A stretch of 40,541 bases of DNA, from positions 1-40,541 of the IMG/VR virus record IMGVR_UViG_3300043609_000044; one strand, given 5' to 3'. Of the stretch, positions 1-9,221 are shown piece after piece. Each line of letters starts with the position of its first letter. Within the stretch, counting starts at the first letter, position 1. The DNA is from a virus. Under the pieces are notes generated by a model. The model searched no databases. It was not told where the DNA came from and worked only from the letters and a program-made list of their open reading frames with translations. Position numbers and translations under genes: made by a program.

Positions 1-127
1 TGAGCGACCGGTTGCCCATCATTGAACGCGCCAAGGAGATCCGCCACCACGACGTCACCACCGGCCCCCTAAAGCCGCCGCAGTGGGGCGACGTGCGCCT
101 GGTCTATCTCGACCCGCCGTACTGGAA
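1..127. repeat. Terminal overlap, identical to 40415-40541 (circular closure)
   Basis: Compared base by eye: 127/127 identical. The methylase reading frame is continuous across the junction. Confidence 0.95.
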
Positions 128-470
128 ACAGGCGGAAGGCCAGTACAGCGACGACGCCACGGATCTGGCCAACATGCCGCTTGAACAGTTCACGGACACG
201 TTGACGACCGTCGTGACCGCCTACGGTAAGAAACTGCCAACAGGCGCGCATATCGCGCTGATCCTCCAGCCGACCCAGTGGAAGGCGCCAGAGCGACAGT
301 TCACCGACCACGTCGGCGACCTCCTGCGCCGCGTCAAGCTGCCGGTCGAGATGCGCTACTCCGTGCCGTATGAAAGCCAGCAATGCACCGCGCAAATGGT
401 GGAGTGGGCCAAGGCCGAGAAGCGGTGCCTCGTCCTGACGCGCGAAATTGTGGTGTGGAGGGTGGCGTGA
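1..470 (+). CDS. C-terminal part of the ParB-N/DNA methyltransferase fusion (continues from 39613..40541)
   Basis: Frame continuous with the window end. Contains LVYLDPPYW, the DPPY motif IV of N6-adenine/N4-cytosine MTases. Stop TGA at 468-470. Confidence 0.85.
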   Translation, partial: SDRLPIIERAKEIRHHDVTTGPLKPPQWGDVRLVYLDPPYWKQAEGQYSDDATDLANMPLEQFTDTLTTVVTAYGKKLPTGAHIALILQPTQWKAPERQFTDHVGDLLRRVKLPVEMRYSVPYESQQCTAQMVEWAKAEKRCLVLTREIVVWRVA

Positions 471-1036
471 CCAAGCCACGGATCTATGGCGAGGACTCCC
501 CCTTTGGTAAGTGGCTCCGCTCTCACCGCCAGTTGGACTCGGTGGAGGTGAAGTTGTCGGCTACCGATCGCGACTTCACGATCCATAAGTACTGCGATAA
601 CGACGACGTGCAGGGCTCGCGGCGGGTGCAACTCCTCCTGGCGCTGGAGGTGAAAACCCGTGGCGGGATGCCTGACGACTTTCAGCGGCAGACGAAGTTT
701 TTTGAACATCAGTTGCTCAACAAGAAAACAAAGCTCCGGTGCAGCTTGCATGGCGACAAGAAATGCGTGTGGCACTTCGGCTACTACGTGCTGTCGCTGG
801 TGGGGGACGCCCCGGCGGACGACTCAATGGTGACGTGGGTGTCCTTTGACGCAACGGGCGGACTCCAGGGGCGCACCATTTCCACGACGGACCTCGTCCG
901 CGTGCTGCGGTTTGACCTGCGCCCTGACACCCTCACGGAATTGCGTTTACGGCGGCACCACTTGAACACGCGGACGATAGAACTGATCGATCGGCCGCTC
1001 TTTCCCGACGAGCGCGTGGTGACACGCCGGAGTTGA
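467..1036 (+). CDS. Hypothetical protein with PD-(D/E)XK-like motif (putative nuclease fold)
   Basis: GTG start overlaps the methylase stop (GTGA). TDRDF ... [11 protein letters not shown] gives a D...ExK arrangement. GC-rich third codon positions. Confidence 0.5.
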   Translation: MTKPRIYGEDSPFGKWLRSHRQLDSVEVKLSATDRDFTIHKYCDNDDVQGSRRVQLLLALEVKTRGGMPDDFQRQTKFFEHQLLNKKTKLRCSLHGDKKCVWHFGYYVLSLVGDAPADDSMVTWVSFDATGGLQGRTISTTDLVRVLRFDLRPDTLTELRLRRHHLNTRTIELIDRPLFPDERVVTRRS

Positions 1037-1037
1037 G

Positions 1038-1319
1038 ATGAGTTGCGGACTGCGCGACTGCGGACGAGGCGACGAGGCGGCGTATCAGCCGGGGATGCGC
1101 CGGATCGCCGGCCACTGGATCTGCGCCGTCTGCTACTGGGGGAAACCCGAACGGCAACCGGTTATCGAGAAGCGAGAGAAGAAGATCCGGTCGCGTACGG
1201 TGCGGGACCGGCACGAGACGATGACGACATTCACGGGGTTCGACCACGCGCGCCAGCTCACACCTGGGTCAGTGGCCACCCCCACCGGGACCAATGAGTG
1301 GACCCTGCCATACCGATGA
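1038..1319 (+). CDS. Small Cys-rich protein (possible zinc ribbon)
   Basis: ATG 2 nt after the upstream stop. CGLRDC ... CAVC cysteine pairs. Coding-like codon bias. Confidence 0.5.
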   Translation: MSCGLRDCGRGDEAAYQPGMRRIAGHWICAVCYWGKPERQPVIEKREKKIRSRTVRDRHETMTTFTGFDHARQLTPGSVATPTGTNEWTLPYR

Positions 1320-1507
1320 GGCGCAAGCCTTCAGGGTCTCAGTTCGACCGAGAGGCAAAATTTGGCGCGAATTTTTTCAGATCAAGCCTCGGATCGCGTG
1401 CGGTGACCCTGCCACTGTCGCGGTTGACCTTCGGCGGTTGAACACGGTGGACGCGGAAGATCACTGACTGTGTGGACCCAGTCAGGTACGACAAGTTCCT
1501 CCAAGAC

Positions 1508-1547
1508 ATCGGGGGGTTAGGCAGGGTGTACCTCGGGAGCGATTCAC
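1508..1547 (+). promoter_or_regulatory. Possible fourth copy of the GGGTT-GGCA leader motif
   Basis: GGGGGGTTAGGCAG about 30 nt upstream of ATG 1548 resembles the motif at 28847, 29297 and 29939. Confidence 0.3.
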
Positions 1548-1895
1548 ATGCGACAGATCTACTCTGAAAATTTCGCCGAATTTTGGTCGCACTATCCGCG
1601 CCACACCGGCAAGGGTGACGCCTGGAAAGCGTTCCAAAAACTTGCGCCGAGCGAGAGCGACGTGCAGCAAATGATCGACGCACTGGCGTGGCAGGTGGAG
1701 CAGCCGCACTGGCGGAAAGACGGCGGCCAATACATTCCGTATGCGGGACGGTGGCTGCGCGCACGTCAATGGGAGGACGAACCGTTCCATGTGGAACAGC
1801 GCGTCCGGTACACCGGCTGGGAGTGTCCGCACACGCCGCCGTGCGAACAACGGCACTGGTGCTCGCTGCGAAGCGCGAAGGAGGCCGAGTCGTGA
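1548..1895 (+). CDS. Conserved phage protein (FW-x2-YP ... W-x-D-E type), function unknown
   Basis: NFAEFWSHYPRHTGKGDAWKAF ... GGQYIPYAGRWLRARQWEDE. I recall this pattern from phage early regions but cannot name the family. Confidence 0.7.
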   Translation: MRQIYSENFAEFWSHYPRHTGKGDAWKAFQKLAPSESDVQQMIDALAWQVEQPHWRKDGGQYIPYAGRWLRARQWEDEPFHVEQRVRYTGWECPHTPPCEQRHWCSLRSAKEAES

Positions 1896-2251
1896 CGCCA
1901 GAAGACGCGGCGCTGGTCGTGCGGCGGCGCATGGCCATGATCGACGAACTCATGCAGTGCGGCGAGATCATTTGCGGCCACCGCGCCGCCGGCCTCTTGG
2001 ACTTGGCCGTCGCGAGTCCCGGCCTCGTCGTGACGTTTTATATCGCCGCGTGGGAGGCGATCGAAGCGGCTGAAGCCTGCGATCACTTGAAGGCGGACAC
2101 CAAGATCTCCGTGCAGGCGCAGGTCGTGCAACTCCTCACGATCGCGCTCGACATTGTGAAGAGCGCGGACCCGCGCGTGGCACTCCTGAATATGGGGGCC
2201 ACCCTGGCCGAGTCCTTGGCTATGGGTGACACCGACGGCGGGGTGCATTAG
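1892..2251 (+). CDS. Hypothetical protein
   Basis: GTG start in a GTGA overlap with the upstream stop. Coding-like composition. Confidence 0.6.
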   Translation: MTPEDAALVVRRRMAMIDELMQCGEIICGHRAAGLLDLAVASPGLVVTFYIAAWEAIEAAEACDHLKADTKISVQAQVVQLLTIALDIVKSADPRVALLNMGATLAESLAMGDTDGGVH

Positions 2252-2253
2252 CC

Positions 2254-2451
2254 ATGCGTCCGCGCTGGCACGAGAAGGAAGCACTCCCGCGCTGCGAGTG
2301 CCTGACGGATCGCAAGTTTCACTGTGTGCGGCCGGCGCGCGTGGCACTCACGAACGGCAAGGACGTGAAGCAGGCGTGTACCGCGCACGCGACGTTATTG
2401 GAACGCCAAGGCTGGGACACCCTGCCGCCACTGACGGGAAGCCTGCCGTGA
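2254..2451 (+). CDS. Hypothetical small protein
   Basis: ATG 2 nt after the upstream stop. Its stop overlaps the next GTG start. Confidence 0.5.
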   Translation: MRPRWHEKEALPRCECLTDRKFHCVRPARVALTNGKDVKQACTAHATLLERQGWDTLPPLTGSLP

Positions 2452-2735
2452 GACGCGCCGCGAAAATGGACACGTTCCACGCCACGGTACGGCAGCTCTT
2501 TCGCGTCCACGGCTGTCACTGGCGGGACACGCCACTCGGCGCCGGGTTTCCTGACGCGCTGGCGTGCTGGGGCGAACGGCTGGTGCTCCTCGAAATTAAG
2601 TCCGGCAAGAAGGCCGCGAAACGCAAAGGCAAAACCGCCGACGCGCAGAAAGACTTCGCGGACGAGTTCCCGGTACGCCGGGTGACGAACGAAGCGGACG
2701 CTTTGGAGACGATCGCATGGTTGAAACAGTTGTAG
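2448..2735 (+). CDS. VRR-NUC domain nuclease
   Basis: GFPDALACWGERLVLLEIKSGKK ... QKDF is the PD...ExK plus Q signature of VRR-NUC. GTGA-overlap start (alternative ATG at 2466). Confidence 0.8.
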   Translation: MRRAAKMDTFHATVRQLFRVHGCHWRDTPLGAGFPDALACWGERLVLLEIKSGKKAAKRKGKTADAQKDFADEFPVRRVTNEADALETIAWLKQL

Positions 2736-3400
2736 CCGCGCACGCCATGACGGACGGCCACGTCTTCGTCGAAGCCCTCGCACGGCGCCTCTGGCGGCCG
2801 GGTAGCGTGGACGTGGACGACCTGGTGCAAGACGGCTTGATCGGCCTCATGGACGCGGCCCGACGCTTCGACCCAGCGCGCGGGATCGCCTTCGACACCT
2901 TCGCCTACGCACGGGTCCGGGGGGCCATGATCGACAACTGGCGCCGAGCGTCCTGGCCGAGATCGATACGCCGCGCGCGCCGGGAGCTGGCCGCCGCACG
3001 CGTCCTGTTGCGCCAGGAGTTAGGAGCCGAGCCGACGGTGACGGAACTCGCCATGCGGACGGGACGGCCAGTGGTGAATGTCACGCGTCTCCTGCAGCGG
3101 ATCGGCCATATAGAGCAGCCTGATCCGCCGCCACCGGTCCCCACGCCAGACGTGCTCTACGCCGAGGACGAAACCCGCTCGCGGGTCCGGCGCGCCGTGG
3201 CGGCGCTGCCCGCCCGCGAGCGCCAAGTGGTGCAGGCGTACTATTTCACCGAAATGCGTCAGGCGCGTCTGAGCGCGGTCATGGGGATCACGCCTGGCCG
3301 CATCTCGCAGTTGCATACGCGGGCGCTCGGGCGTCTGCGCGCGGCCCTCACCGTTCCGCCGGAAGGTCTGGCGGCGGTCGTTCCTCCGAGTCTTGACTGA
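2717..3400 (+). CDS. Sigma-70 family RNA polymerase sigma factor (group 3/FliA-like architecture)
   Basis: Region 2: DLVQDGLIGLMDAARRFDPARGIAFDTFAYARVRGAMID. Region 4 HTH: LPARERQVVQAYYFTEMRQARLSAVMGITPGRISQLHTRALGRLR. Confidence 0.85.
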   Translation: MVETVVAAHAMTDGHVFVEALARRLWRPGSVDVDDLVQDGLIGLMDAARRFDPARGIAFDTFAYARVRGAMIDNWRRASWPRSIRRARRELAAARVLLRQELGAEPTVTELAMRTGRPVVNVTRLLQRIGHIEQPDPPPPVPTPDVLYAEDETRSRVRRAVAALPARERQVVQAYYFTEMRQARLSAVMGITPGRISQLHTRALGRLRAALTVPPEGLAAVVPPSLD

Positions 3401-3409
3401 GGTAGCCTT

Positions 3410-3826
3410 ATGACGTCCGTCCCCCGCCTGATCGTCACGTTGCTCGCGGCCCTGACCCTCGCCTGCGGCGACACGATCGTCAATGTCCCGACGACCCCCA
3501 CGCCGCTCCCAACCACGCCCGTCGTGACGAAGGACGTGATCGAGTATCACGTCACCGGCAACGCGATCGGGGCCAAAGTGAAGTACAGCAGTTCGGTGGA
3601 AGGACTGAACCAGACGACGACGACACTGCCGTTTCAGACGCTGATCACCACGTCCGGCACGTCCACGTTCCTGTTCCTCGAAGCCACGCCCACCGGCTAT
3701 AGCGCACTCGTGGCCAACCCCTTCGTCGCGGTGCAGATCTTCGTCAATGGCACGTTGTTCCGCGAGTCGGCGACGACGTCGGCGTTCAACGAGACGGTGT
3801 CGGTGTCGGGCACGTATCGCCGTTGA
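3410..3826 (+). CDS. Lipoprotein (signal peptide plus lipobox)
   Basis: N-terminus MTSVPRLIVTLLAALTLAC has an L-T-L-A-C lipobox, followed by a Thr/Pro-rich linker and a beta-rich domain. Confidence 0.75.
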   Translation: MTSVPRLIVTLLAALTLACGDTIVNVPTTPTPLPTTPVVTKDVIEYHVTGNAIGAKVKYSSSVEGLNQTTTTLPFQTLITTSGTSTFLFLEATPTGYSALVANPFVAVQIFVNGTLFRESATTSAFNETVSVSGTYRR

Positions 3827-3829
3827 GGG

Positions 3830-4093
3830 TCACTTGGGATCGGCCGCCGTGCGCTCCAGCAGGCCGAGAATGACATTGGCCTGCGCGGCCGTCTTGGCCG
3901 TCGCCACGACGCCGAGGCGCAGTTCCAATGTCGGGTGCGCGACGGACGTCAGGCGGTTCATGTGGGTGACGTCGCGCGGGATCTCGGCGCCGTCAGGCAC
4001 GTAGTAGATCTTGCTGACGTATTCCTGTGCCTCGGGGTTGTCTTCGAGCCAGTCGTCGAGCGTGGTTTGGACGTCAATGATCGGGTCAGACAT
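3830..4093 (-). CDS. Hypothetical protein (last gene of late operon)
   Basis: ATG preceded by AAGGAG. Acidic 87-aa product. Confidence 0.65.
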   Translation of the reverse strand: MSDPIIDVQTTLDDWLEDNPEAQEYVSKIYYVPDGAEIPRDVTHMNRLTSVAHPTLELRLGVVATAKTAAQANVILGLLERTAADPK

Positions 4094-4111
4094 GGGACGG
4101 GTCTCCTTCGT

Positions 4112-4306
4112 TTAGATCAAGGCAAAAGCACGCAGCAACCAGAGCACGATCAGTAGCACGACGACGACAGTCAAAAGCGTCTTGATCGGCGGGGCCATCG
4201 GCACGTACTGGTTGATCAAAAACAGACAGACGCCGAGCACGACAATGACGACTAACAACCTGACGATATCCGGCGTCACGAGGGCTTGGAGTGCGAGGGT
4301 GAGCAT
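4112..4306 (-). CDS. Small two-TM membrane protein (holin candidate)
   Basis: 64 aa with two hydrophobic segments. Strong AGGAGG RBS upstream. Confidence 0.7.
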   Translation of the reverse strand: MLTLALQALVTPDIVRLLVVIVVLGVCLFLINQYVPMAPPIKTLLTVVVVLLIVLWLLRAFALI

Positions 4307-4315
4307 GGCGTCCTC

Positions 4316-5629
4316 CTATTTGCCTTGCAACAACATGAGCGTCAGGGCGCGCTGAATATTCGCGGGCAAGCCGCTGCCGAGCATTTGCAATAGCTTCCCG
4401 CTTTCGTTGAGGCCGATCGCGCCACTCGCCATGACGGCGGGTTCCCGCAAGGCGCGTGCGGCCAAGGTGGCAGCGGCGACTTTCGGCGACCCTTGCGCCA
4501 ACGCCGTCGCACCCGTGAAGAGGGTGGCGATGTTCTCCAACCCGCGTGCCGGAATATCCTCCCGGCCCTTCGCCGCGAGTTGCACACCCTTCGTCACCTT
4601 GATCTTCCGGTTTTGATCGCGGTACCCCTGGTGCCTGGCTTCCAGGGTGGCGTTGCCGGCGTTCGCCAGTTCCATAGGGGCGCGTGCGTCAACGTCAATG
4701 ACTTTCCCTGTCGGCACGCCTTTCCAGGCAGCGTCCCCCACGTCGTTCCAGTCCCTGACGCCCTCGGCGACTTGGCTTGGGAGTAAGCCTTGTGGATGGG
4801 CATTGCGGAAGCGCGTAATGAGTTCGGGTTCTTGGCCACTGGGCCGCACCTGAGAAATAGGGCCACGCGCGAGACGCTTCTGGAGGGCCGCCGCCGCGTC
4901 GTCCGCGATCTGGGTCGTATTGATCGGCCCGCCCAGATCCATCTGGGCCAGGTTCGCGTCCTGTTGGGCCATGCGCGCATTCACGAACCGCTGCGCTTTG
5001 TCAGACGCCCCCGCCGTGCCAGGGACGATCCGATCTTCCAGCGCCTGGCCGGCGATCTTGAACCGCCCATACTTGCGTGCGAGTTGGGCAGGGATACGCA
5101 GCGCCCCAGCCATTGCTAGAGGTGCGGTGGCCCTAGCCGCCATCCCCGCACCACGGAGGGTGGCGGGCACCACCTCATTCGTCGCGACAGTGCCGGCGGT
5201 TTCCGCCAACCCGCCCGCGACGTTCCCGCCTCGGATCGTGTCGGCGGCATGGGCGAGTTCCGGCCCGACAAACGGCACCCAGTTCAGGGCGCTTTTGCCT
5301 TCGTTGCCGACACTGGCTAACGTGTTCAGCCGCTCGCTCTCGTTGACGAGGCCTTTCCCGATCCCCACGGCGGTATCGACGGGATGCGCGACGGCGTTGG
5401 CCACGCCACCGACGATGCCTGTTAGTGCGTCAATGGGATGGAAATTGCGCTGGAACCCCTCGCTGATCCGCGAGAGCATCGAGGGGGATTCCGCCTTTGT
5501 CACCTGTCGCGCTTTGGCGGCGAGCGCGTCGTAGTCAATCTCCTCTGACGCTGGGGACGATGCCTGTTGACGCACCTGCGCGGCCAGCGCGTCGTAGTCG
5601 ATCTCTTTGGGTTGCTGGCGGGGAGGCAT
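4316..5629 (-). CDS. Virion-associated protein, unknown (internal/ejection protein candidate)
   Basis: Position in the late operon. N-terminal duplicated EIDYDALAA motif. No enzymatic motif seen. Confidence 0.65.
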   Translation of the reverse strand: MPPRQQPKEIDYDALAAQVRQQASSPASEEIDYDALAAKARQVTKAESPSMLSRISEGFQRNFHPIDALTGIVGGVANAVAHPVDTAVGIGKGLVNESERLNTLASVGNEGKSALNWVPFVGPELAHAADTIRGGNVAGGLAETAGTVATNEVVPATLRGAGMAARATAPLAMAGALRIPAQLARKYGRFKIAGQALEDRIVPGTAGASDKAQRFVNARMAQQDANLAQMDLGGPINTTQIADDAAAALQKRLARGPISQVRPSGQEPELITRFRNAHPQGLLPSQVAEGVRDWNDVGDAAWKGVPTGKVIDVDARAPMELANAGNATLEARHQGYRDQNRKIKVTKGVQLAAKGREDIPARGLENIATLFTGATALAQGSPKVAAATLAARALREPAVMASGAIGLNESGKLLQMLGSGLPANIQRALTLMLLQGK

Positions 5630-6976
5630 CTACTTAATTCCCGCCGCCGCCTTGAACGCGTCCGCTTCGGCCTGCGTCTGGAAGGCGTGTTTCTTCCCCT
5701 TGGGATCGGTGACGAAGTAATTCCCCACCAGCGATCCGACGGCCGGGCCACCGCGCCCAGTTCCAGTGCCAGGCCCAGGCCCACCGCCACGGCCGCCCGT
5801 CACCCCGACTGTGTTCGACTGGGCGCCGCTGAGGGCGAGCGCCTTCGCCCGGATGTCACTGAGGTTCTTGATGGTGGCCTGCGCGTTCGCCAGCCACACC
5901 GCCGGTTTGTCCGTCAACTCGGGGATCTGTTCCATGATCCGCTCGGCTTCTTTATCGCCCATCGCCATGCCGGTGGTGGCCTTGATGGTGGCGTTCCGAA
6001 TGATGGCGGTCTTGGCGGCGAAGTCGGCTAAATCTTGCGGCACCTCAAACCCGGGCAGCTCAATGTGGCCTTTCGTGATCCGCCCTTGAATCGGGCCGAG
6101 CCACTCGTCTTTCTTGAGTGCCATGATCTCGTTGACGTTATTGATGACGCTATCGATGTCCCCAATTTTGGTAATCACAGCCTCGGGCAACTTGTTGCCG
6201 ATGGTCGCGCCAGTCGGTTGTCCATCGGGTCCAACTTCCTGCACCGCCCGGCCGGTGCCCGCCCGACGGTCCACGATCATCGGCCCCCCCGGGCCAGCGA
6301 TGACGAATGGCTGTGGCGGGGCCTTGTGCAGTTGCGACGTCGGCACTTCTTGCGTGCCGATATACGTGCGCCCAAACTCGTCGATCTGTACAGGTTCATC
6401 GTGCGGCCCGAGAAAACCGGTCAGCACGTTGCGGTTCGGCGGCTTGGCCTGCGCGATACGAATGGCGTTCTGCGTCTTCCGTTCCTCGTCAGCGGCCTCG
6501 CTCTTGTTCTGATCCTCCATAGACGGCGGACGAATTTTCACGCCGCTGATCATCATGGGGTTGGCCTTGGTGTTCTGGCCAATGGCATACGTCGGCGCGT
6601 TGCCAGGAATGGCTGGGTTGGGCGCCGTCGGCACGGTCTGGCCCGTGCTGTAGTCCTCGCCCAGGCTGGCCTTGATGTCGGCCTCGGGTTGGCCCTTCAG
6701 CAGGTTGAACCGGCCGATCTCATTCTGCTGGGTGCGCGTCTCTCTCGCGAGCGCATCCTGTTCGGCCTGCCGCGCCGCCGTGACCGCATCCTGTCCACGG
6801 CTGTACCGTGTCTGCTCGTCGGCGCGTTCATCCAACTTCATTTGGCGCGCGCGCTGGAACCGTTCTTCCTCGGCGCGCTGTTCCAGTTGCTGTTCCAGCA
6901 TGCGCTGCTTGACGAGGTCGAGCAGCGCGTCGTTCATGCCGCCGGCCGCGTAGCCGCCGGCCAGGTTGATCGGCAT
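5630..6976 (-). CDS. Internal virion protein candidate (coiled-coil N-terminus, Gly-rich C-terminus)
   Basis: Start MPINLAGGY chosen at the TAATG overlap with the upstream stop. The longer track ORF (to 7294) overlaps the upstream gene. Confidence 0.7.
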   Translation of the reverse strand: MPINLAGGYAAGGMNDALLDLVKQRMLEQQLEQRAEEERFQRARQMKLDERADEQTRYSRGQDAVTAARQAEQDALARETRTQQNEIGRFNLLKGQPEADIKASLGEDYSTGQTVPTAPNPAIPGNAPTYAIGQNTKANPMMISGVKIRPPSMEDQNKSEAADEERKTQNAIRIAQAKPPNRNVLTGFLGPHDEPVQIDEFGRTYIGTQEVPTSQLHKAPPQPFVIAGPGGPMIVDRRAGTGRAVQEVGPDGQPTGATIGNKLPEAVITKIGDIDSVINNVNEIMALKKDEWLGPIQGRITKGHIELPGFEVPQDLADFAAKTAIIRNATIKATTGMAMGDKEAERIMEQIPELTDKPAVWLANAQATIKNLSDIRAKALALSGAQSNTVGVTGGRGGGPGPGTGTGRGGPAVGSLVGNYFVTDPKGKKHAFQTQAEADAFKAAAGIK

Positions 6977-8046
6977 TAGCGGCCTCCTGTCGTCGGCGGC
7001 TTGTAGCCGTTGTAGGCGCCGACGATCCCGGCACCTGTGCCACCCCAGCGCGCGAGTTTGTCGATCCAGCTTTCGTTCGGCTGCGGCGTGATCGGCGGGG
7101 TCGGCACGTTCGGCTGCGGCATGAATTGTTTGTCGCTGCCTGACAGCAGCCGCTTCATGGCGTCGTCGTAGGCTTGGTTGCCGATGCCTAAATAGTCGCC
7201 GGGAATGTCGCCAGTGAAATTCCCCACGCGGCTTTTGTACGCGTCGGGTGGCCCAGCGATCGTGCGTGGCGCCGATCGCACGTATTCGCCCCACGCGGCC
7301 TGACTGCGCGCCTGGCTTTCCAAGTCCTGGCCCGTCTTCTTCTGCGCCACTTCGAGCGTGCCGCGTTCAACCGCGTTCCGGCGTAAGTCTTCAGCCTGCC
7401 GCTGACGCAGGGTGTCGGTGTTGAGGTTCAGGAGGGCTTCGTGTTCCCGGCCTTGCGCCGCGCCTTGCGAATAGCCGCTGAGCACCTGGCCGACACCGCC
7501 GAGTTTTGCGAGCGTGCCGCCTGAGAGGAGGCCGCCACCGGTCGCAGCCGTCCCGCCGGCCGCTGCGCCGCCCCCTGCGGCGGCCCCACCCGCGCCCGCC
7601 GCGCCCCCGCCGAAGGTGACGCCAGCCATCGGCGCGGTGCCGAGCGTGGAACTGGCCGCTGCGCTTCCAGCCGCCGTCCCACCCGCACCGGCCGCACTCC
7701 CCGCGCCAGCGGCTCCCCCCGCGCCCGCCGCGCCGGCACCAGTGGCGCCTGCCGCCGTGGCCCCCCCAAACGCGCCAGGGACCGCGAGCGCACCAATGCC
7801 GGTGACAGCCGCCGATCCCAGGCCCGTGGCCACAAACGCCTTCAGCCACCAGGGCCAATGTTCGACGAACGAACCGGGCACATATGAACCCTGGCCGCTC
7901 TCAAGGTCAGCGGCATGTGCCTCCTCGGCTGACGAAAAGCCACTCGCCGGGCCGAGATAGTCGAAGGTGTCGCTGTTGCGCGTGTCGGGTTGCCAGACGC
8001 GGACTTTGCCGTCTGGGCCGGTAATGGTTTCGCCTGGGTTCGGCAT
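6976..8046 (-). CDS. Gly/Ala-rich membrane-associated internal virion protein candidate
   Basis: About 100-aa Gly/Ala low-complexity core flanked by hydrophobic segments. Late-operon position. Confidence 0.65.
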   Translation of the reverse strand: MPNPGETITGPDGKVRVWQPDTRNSDTFDYLGPASGFSSAEEAHAADLESGQGSYVPGSFVEHWPWWLKAFVATGLGSAAVTGIGALAVPGAFGGATAAGATGAGAAGAGGAAGAGSAAGAGGTAAGSAAASSTLGTAPMAGVTFGGGAAGAGGAAAGGGAAAGGTAATGGGLLSGGTLAKLGGVGQVLSGYSQGAAQGREHEALLNLNTDTLRQRQAEDLRRNAVERGTLEVAQKKTGQDLESQARSQAAWGEYVRSAPRTIAGPPDAYKSRVGNFTGDIPGDYLGIGNQAYDDAMKRLLSGSDKQFMPQPNVPTPPITPQPNESWIDKLARWGGTGAGIVGAYNGYKPPTTGGR

Positions 8047-8057
8047 GTCGTCCTTCC

Positions 8058-9221
8058 TTACTTCGGCGCGTTGAGCCGGCGATCGAGTTCTTTTTGCAGT
8101 TCGTCATCCAACTGCTTCCGCCAGTCGAGGCCCAGCCGGTCGGCGTTGGTGTTCGCCGTGACGTCAATGCCGTAGCGGTTGGTCGTGTTCTGCATCTCGC
8201 CGAGATACTTCCGCAGCGCCGTATCGTCCATCCCGAGCATCTTCTGAATTTCCGTCGCGTACCGCTGGTTGGCATTCTGCTCGTGGCCCAGGGACTCTTC
8301 GATATTGAACCCTCGGTTGCGAAGCGCCTCATCCATCTTCGCGAGTTGAAGTTGTAAGGCCTGCGACTGCTCGAATTGGCCCTGCGACTGCGCGAGCGTA
8401 ATGGCCTGCATGATCTCCGCACGCCGGGCCGCCATGACCTGGTTCGCCTGGTCACCGGCATACCCGGCCGTGTTCTCGCCGGCCGCTTGCCGCAACGCCT
8501 CAACGTGACCACTCATGCCGCCGCTGTTTTGGAGGCCATTCAGGCCGCTTTGTTCGGCTTCACCGGCCTGCGCCAGATCCGCGCGGCGCATTTGCTCATT
8601 GCGGAAGGCGGCGACGGCCGGACTGTTGTTGACGTTCGCTGCCGCCTCTTCGGGCGTCTGTCCCGTCAGGAGCCGCATGAGCTGTTGCCGGTACGCCTCG
8701 TCGATCGTGGTCGGTGGGCCGTCGTCAATGACGTGCTCAATGGTGTCGCCTTTGAACGTGCCGGTGCCGGGGCCCGTCCCTGCCGGGGCGGCGATCGGCT
8801 GGCCGGTGGCCATATCAATTTCAGGACTGTTCGGGTCCGCGTCCGGGTGGTTGAACGGCACGAAGCCGCCGTTCTTGGAACGCACGAATTTCAGGTGCGG
8901 GCCTTCGGCTTCGGGCGCGGCGGGGGCGGACGGGGCCGCAGGCGTATTCAATAAGGACGTGATCGTCTCGCGGTACACGTCAGTCGGCGCGGTGGGCGCG
9001 GTGGCCGTCACAGGCGGCGCAGGCGCGGCGGTGACGGGCGTCTCGGCCGGTTTATACCCGCCTTCGGGCAGCGCATTCGGGTCCGTCTTCGGCGCGACGG
9101 CGTCGTCCATCCACTGGTTGCCGATCCACTTGCCCGGGCCCTTCGCATACGACGGCGGCGGGGGAGGCGGCGTGTTCTGGTACCCCGCCAGCCGTTCTTG
9201 TTCGGGGGACGTATACGGCAT
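8058..9221 (-). CDS. Pro/Gln-rich virion protein, unknown
   Basis: ATG start. The upstream gene's TAA stop overlaps this ATG (TAATG at 9221). The N-terminal GYQNTPPPPPPSY motif is shared with the next gene. Confidence 0.65.
   Translation of the reverse strand: MPYTSPEQERLAGYQNTPPPPPPSYAKGPGKWIGNQWMDDAVAPKTDPNALPEGGYKPAETPVTAAPAPPVTATAPTAPTDVYRETITSLLNTPAAPSAPAAPEAEGPHLKFVRSKNGGFVPFNHPDADPNSPEIDMATGQPIAAPAGTGPGTGTFKGDTIEHVIDDGPPTTIDEAYRQQLMRLLTGQTPEEAAANVNNSPAVAAFRNEQMRRADLAQAGEAEQSGLNGLQNSGGMSGHVEALRQAAGENTAGYAGDQANQVMAARRAEIMQAITLAQSQGQFEQSQALQLQLAKMDEALRNRGFNIEESLGHEQNANQRYATEIQKMLGMDDTALRKYLGEMQNTTNRYGIDVTANTNADRLGLDWRKQLDDELQKELDRRLNAPK

Noticed and set aside
1339-1971. 210-aa minus-strand ORF covering the 1320-1547 gap
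   Set aside because: It overlaps the well-supported plus-strand gene 1548..1895 and gives an Arg/Ser/Ala-rich product. The gap is treated as non-coding and regulatory.
7391-7960. Alternative-frame ORFs inside the Gly/Ala-rich gene, and the possibility of a DNA-level tandem repeat or collagen-like protein
   Set aside because: These are byproducts of GCN/GGN-rich low-complexity coding. There is no regular period (no Gly-X-Y) and no exact DNA repeat unit.
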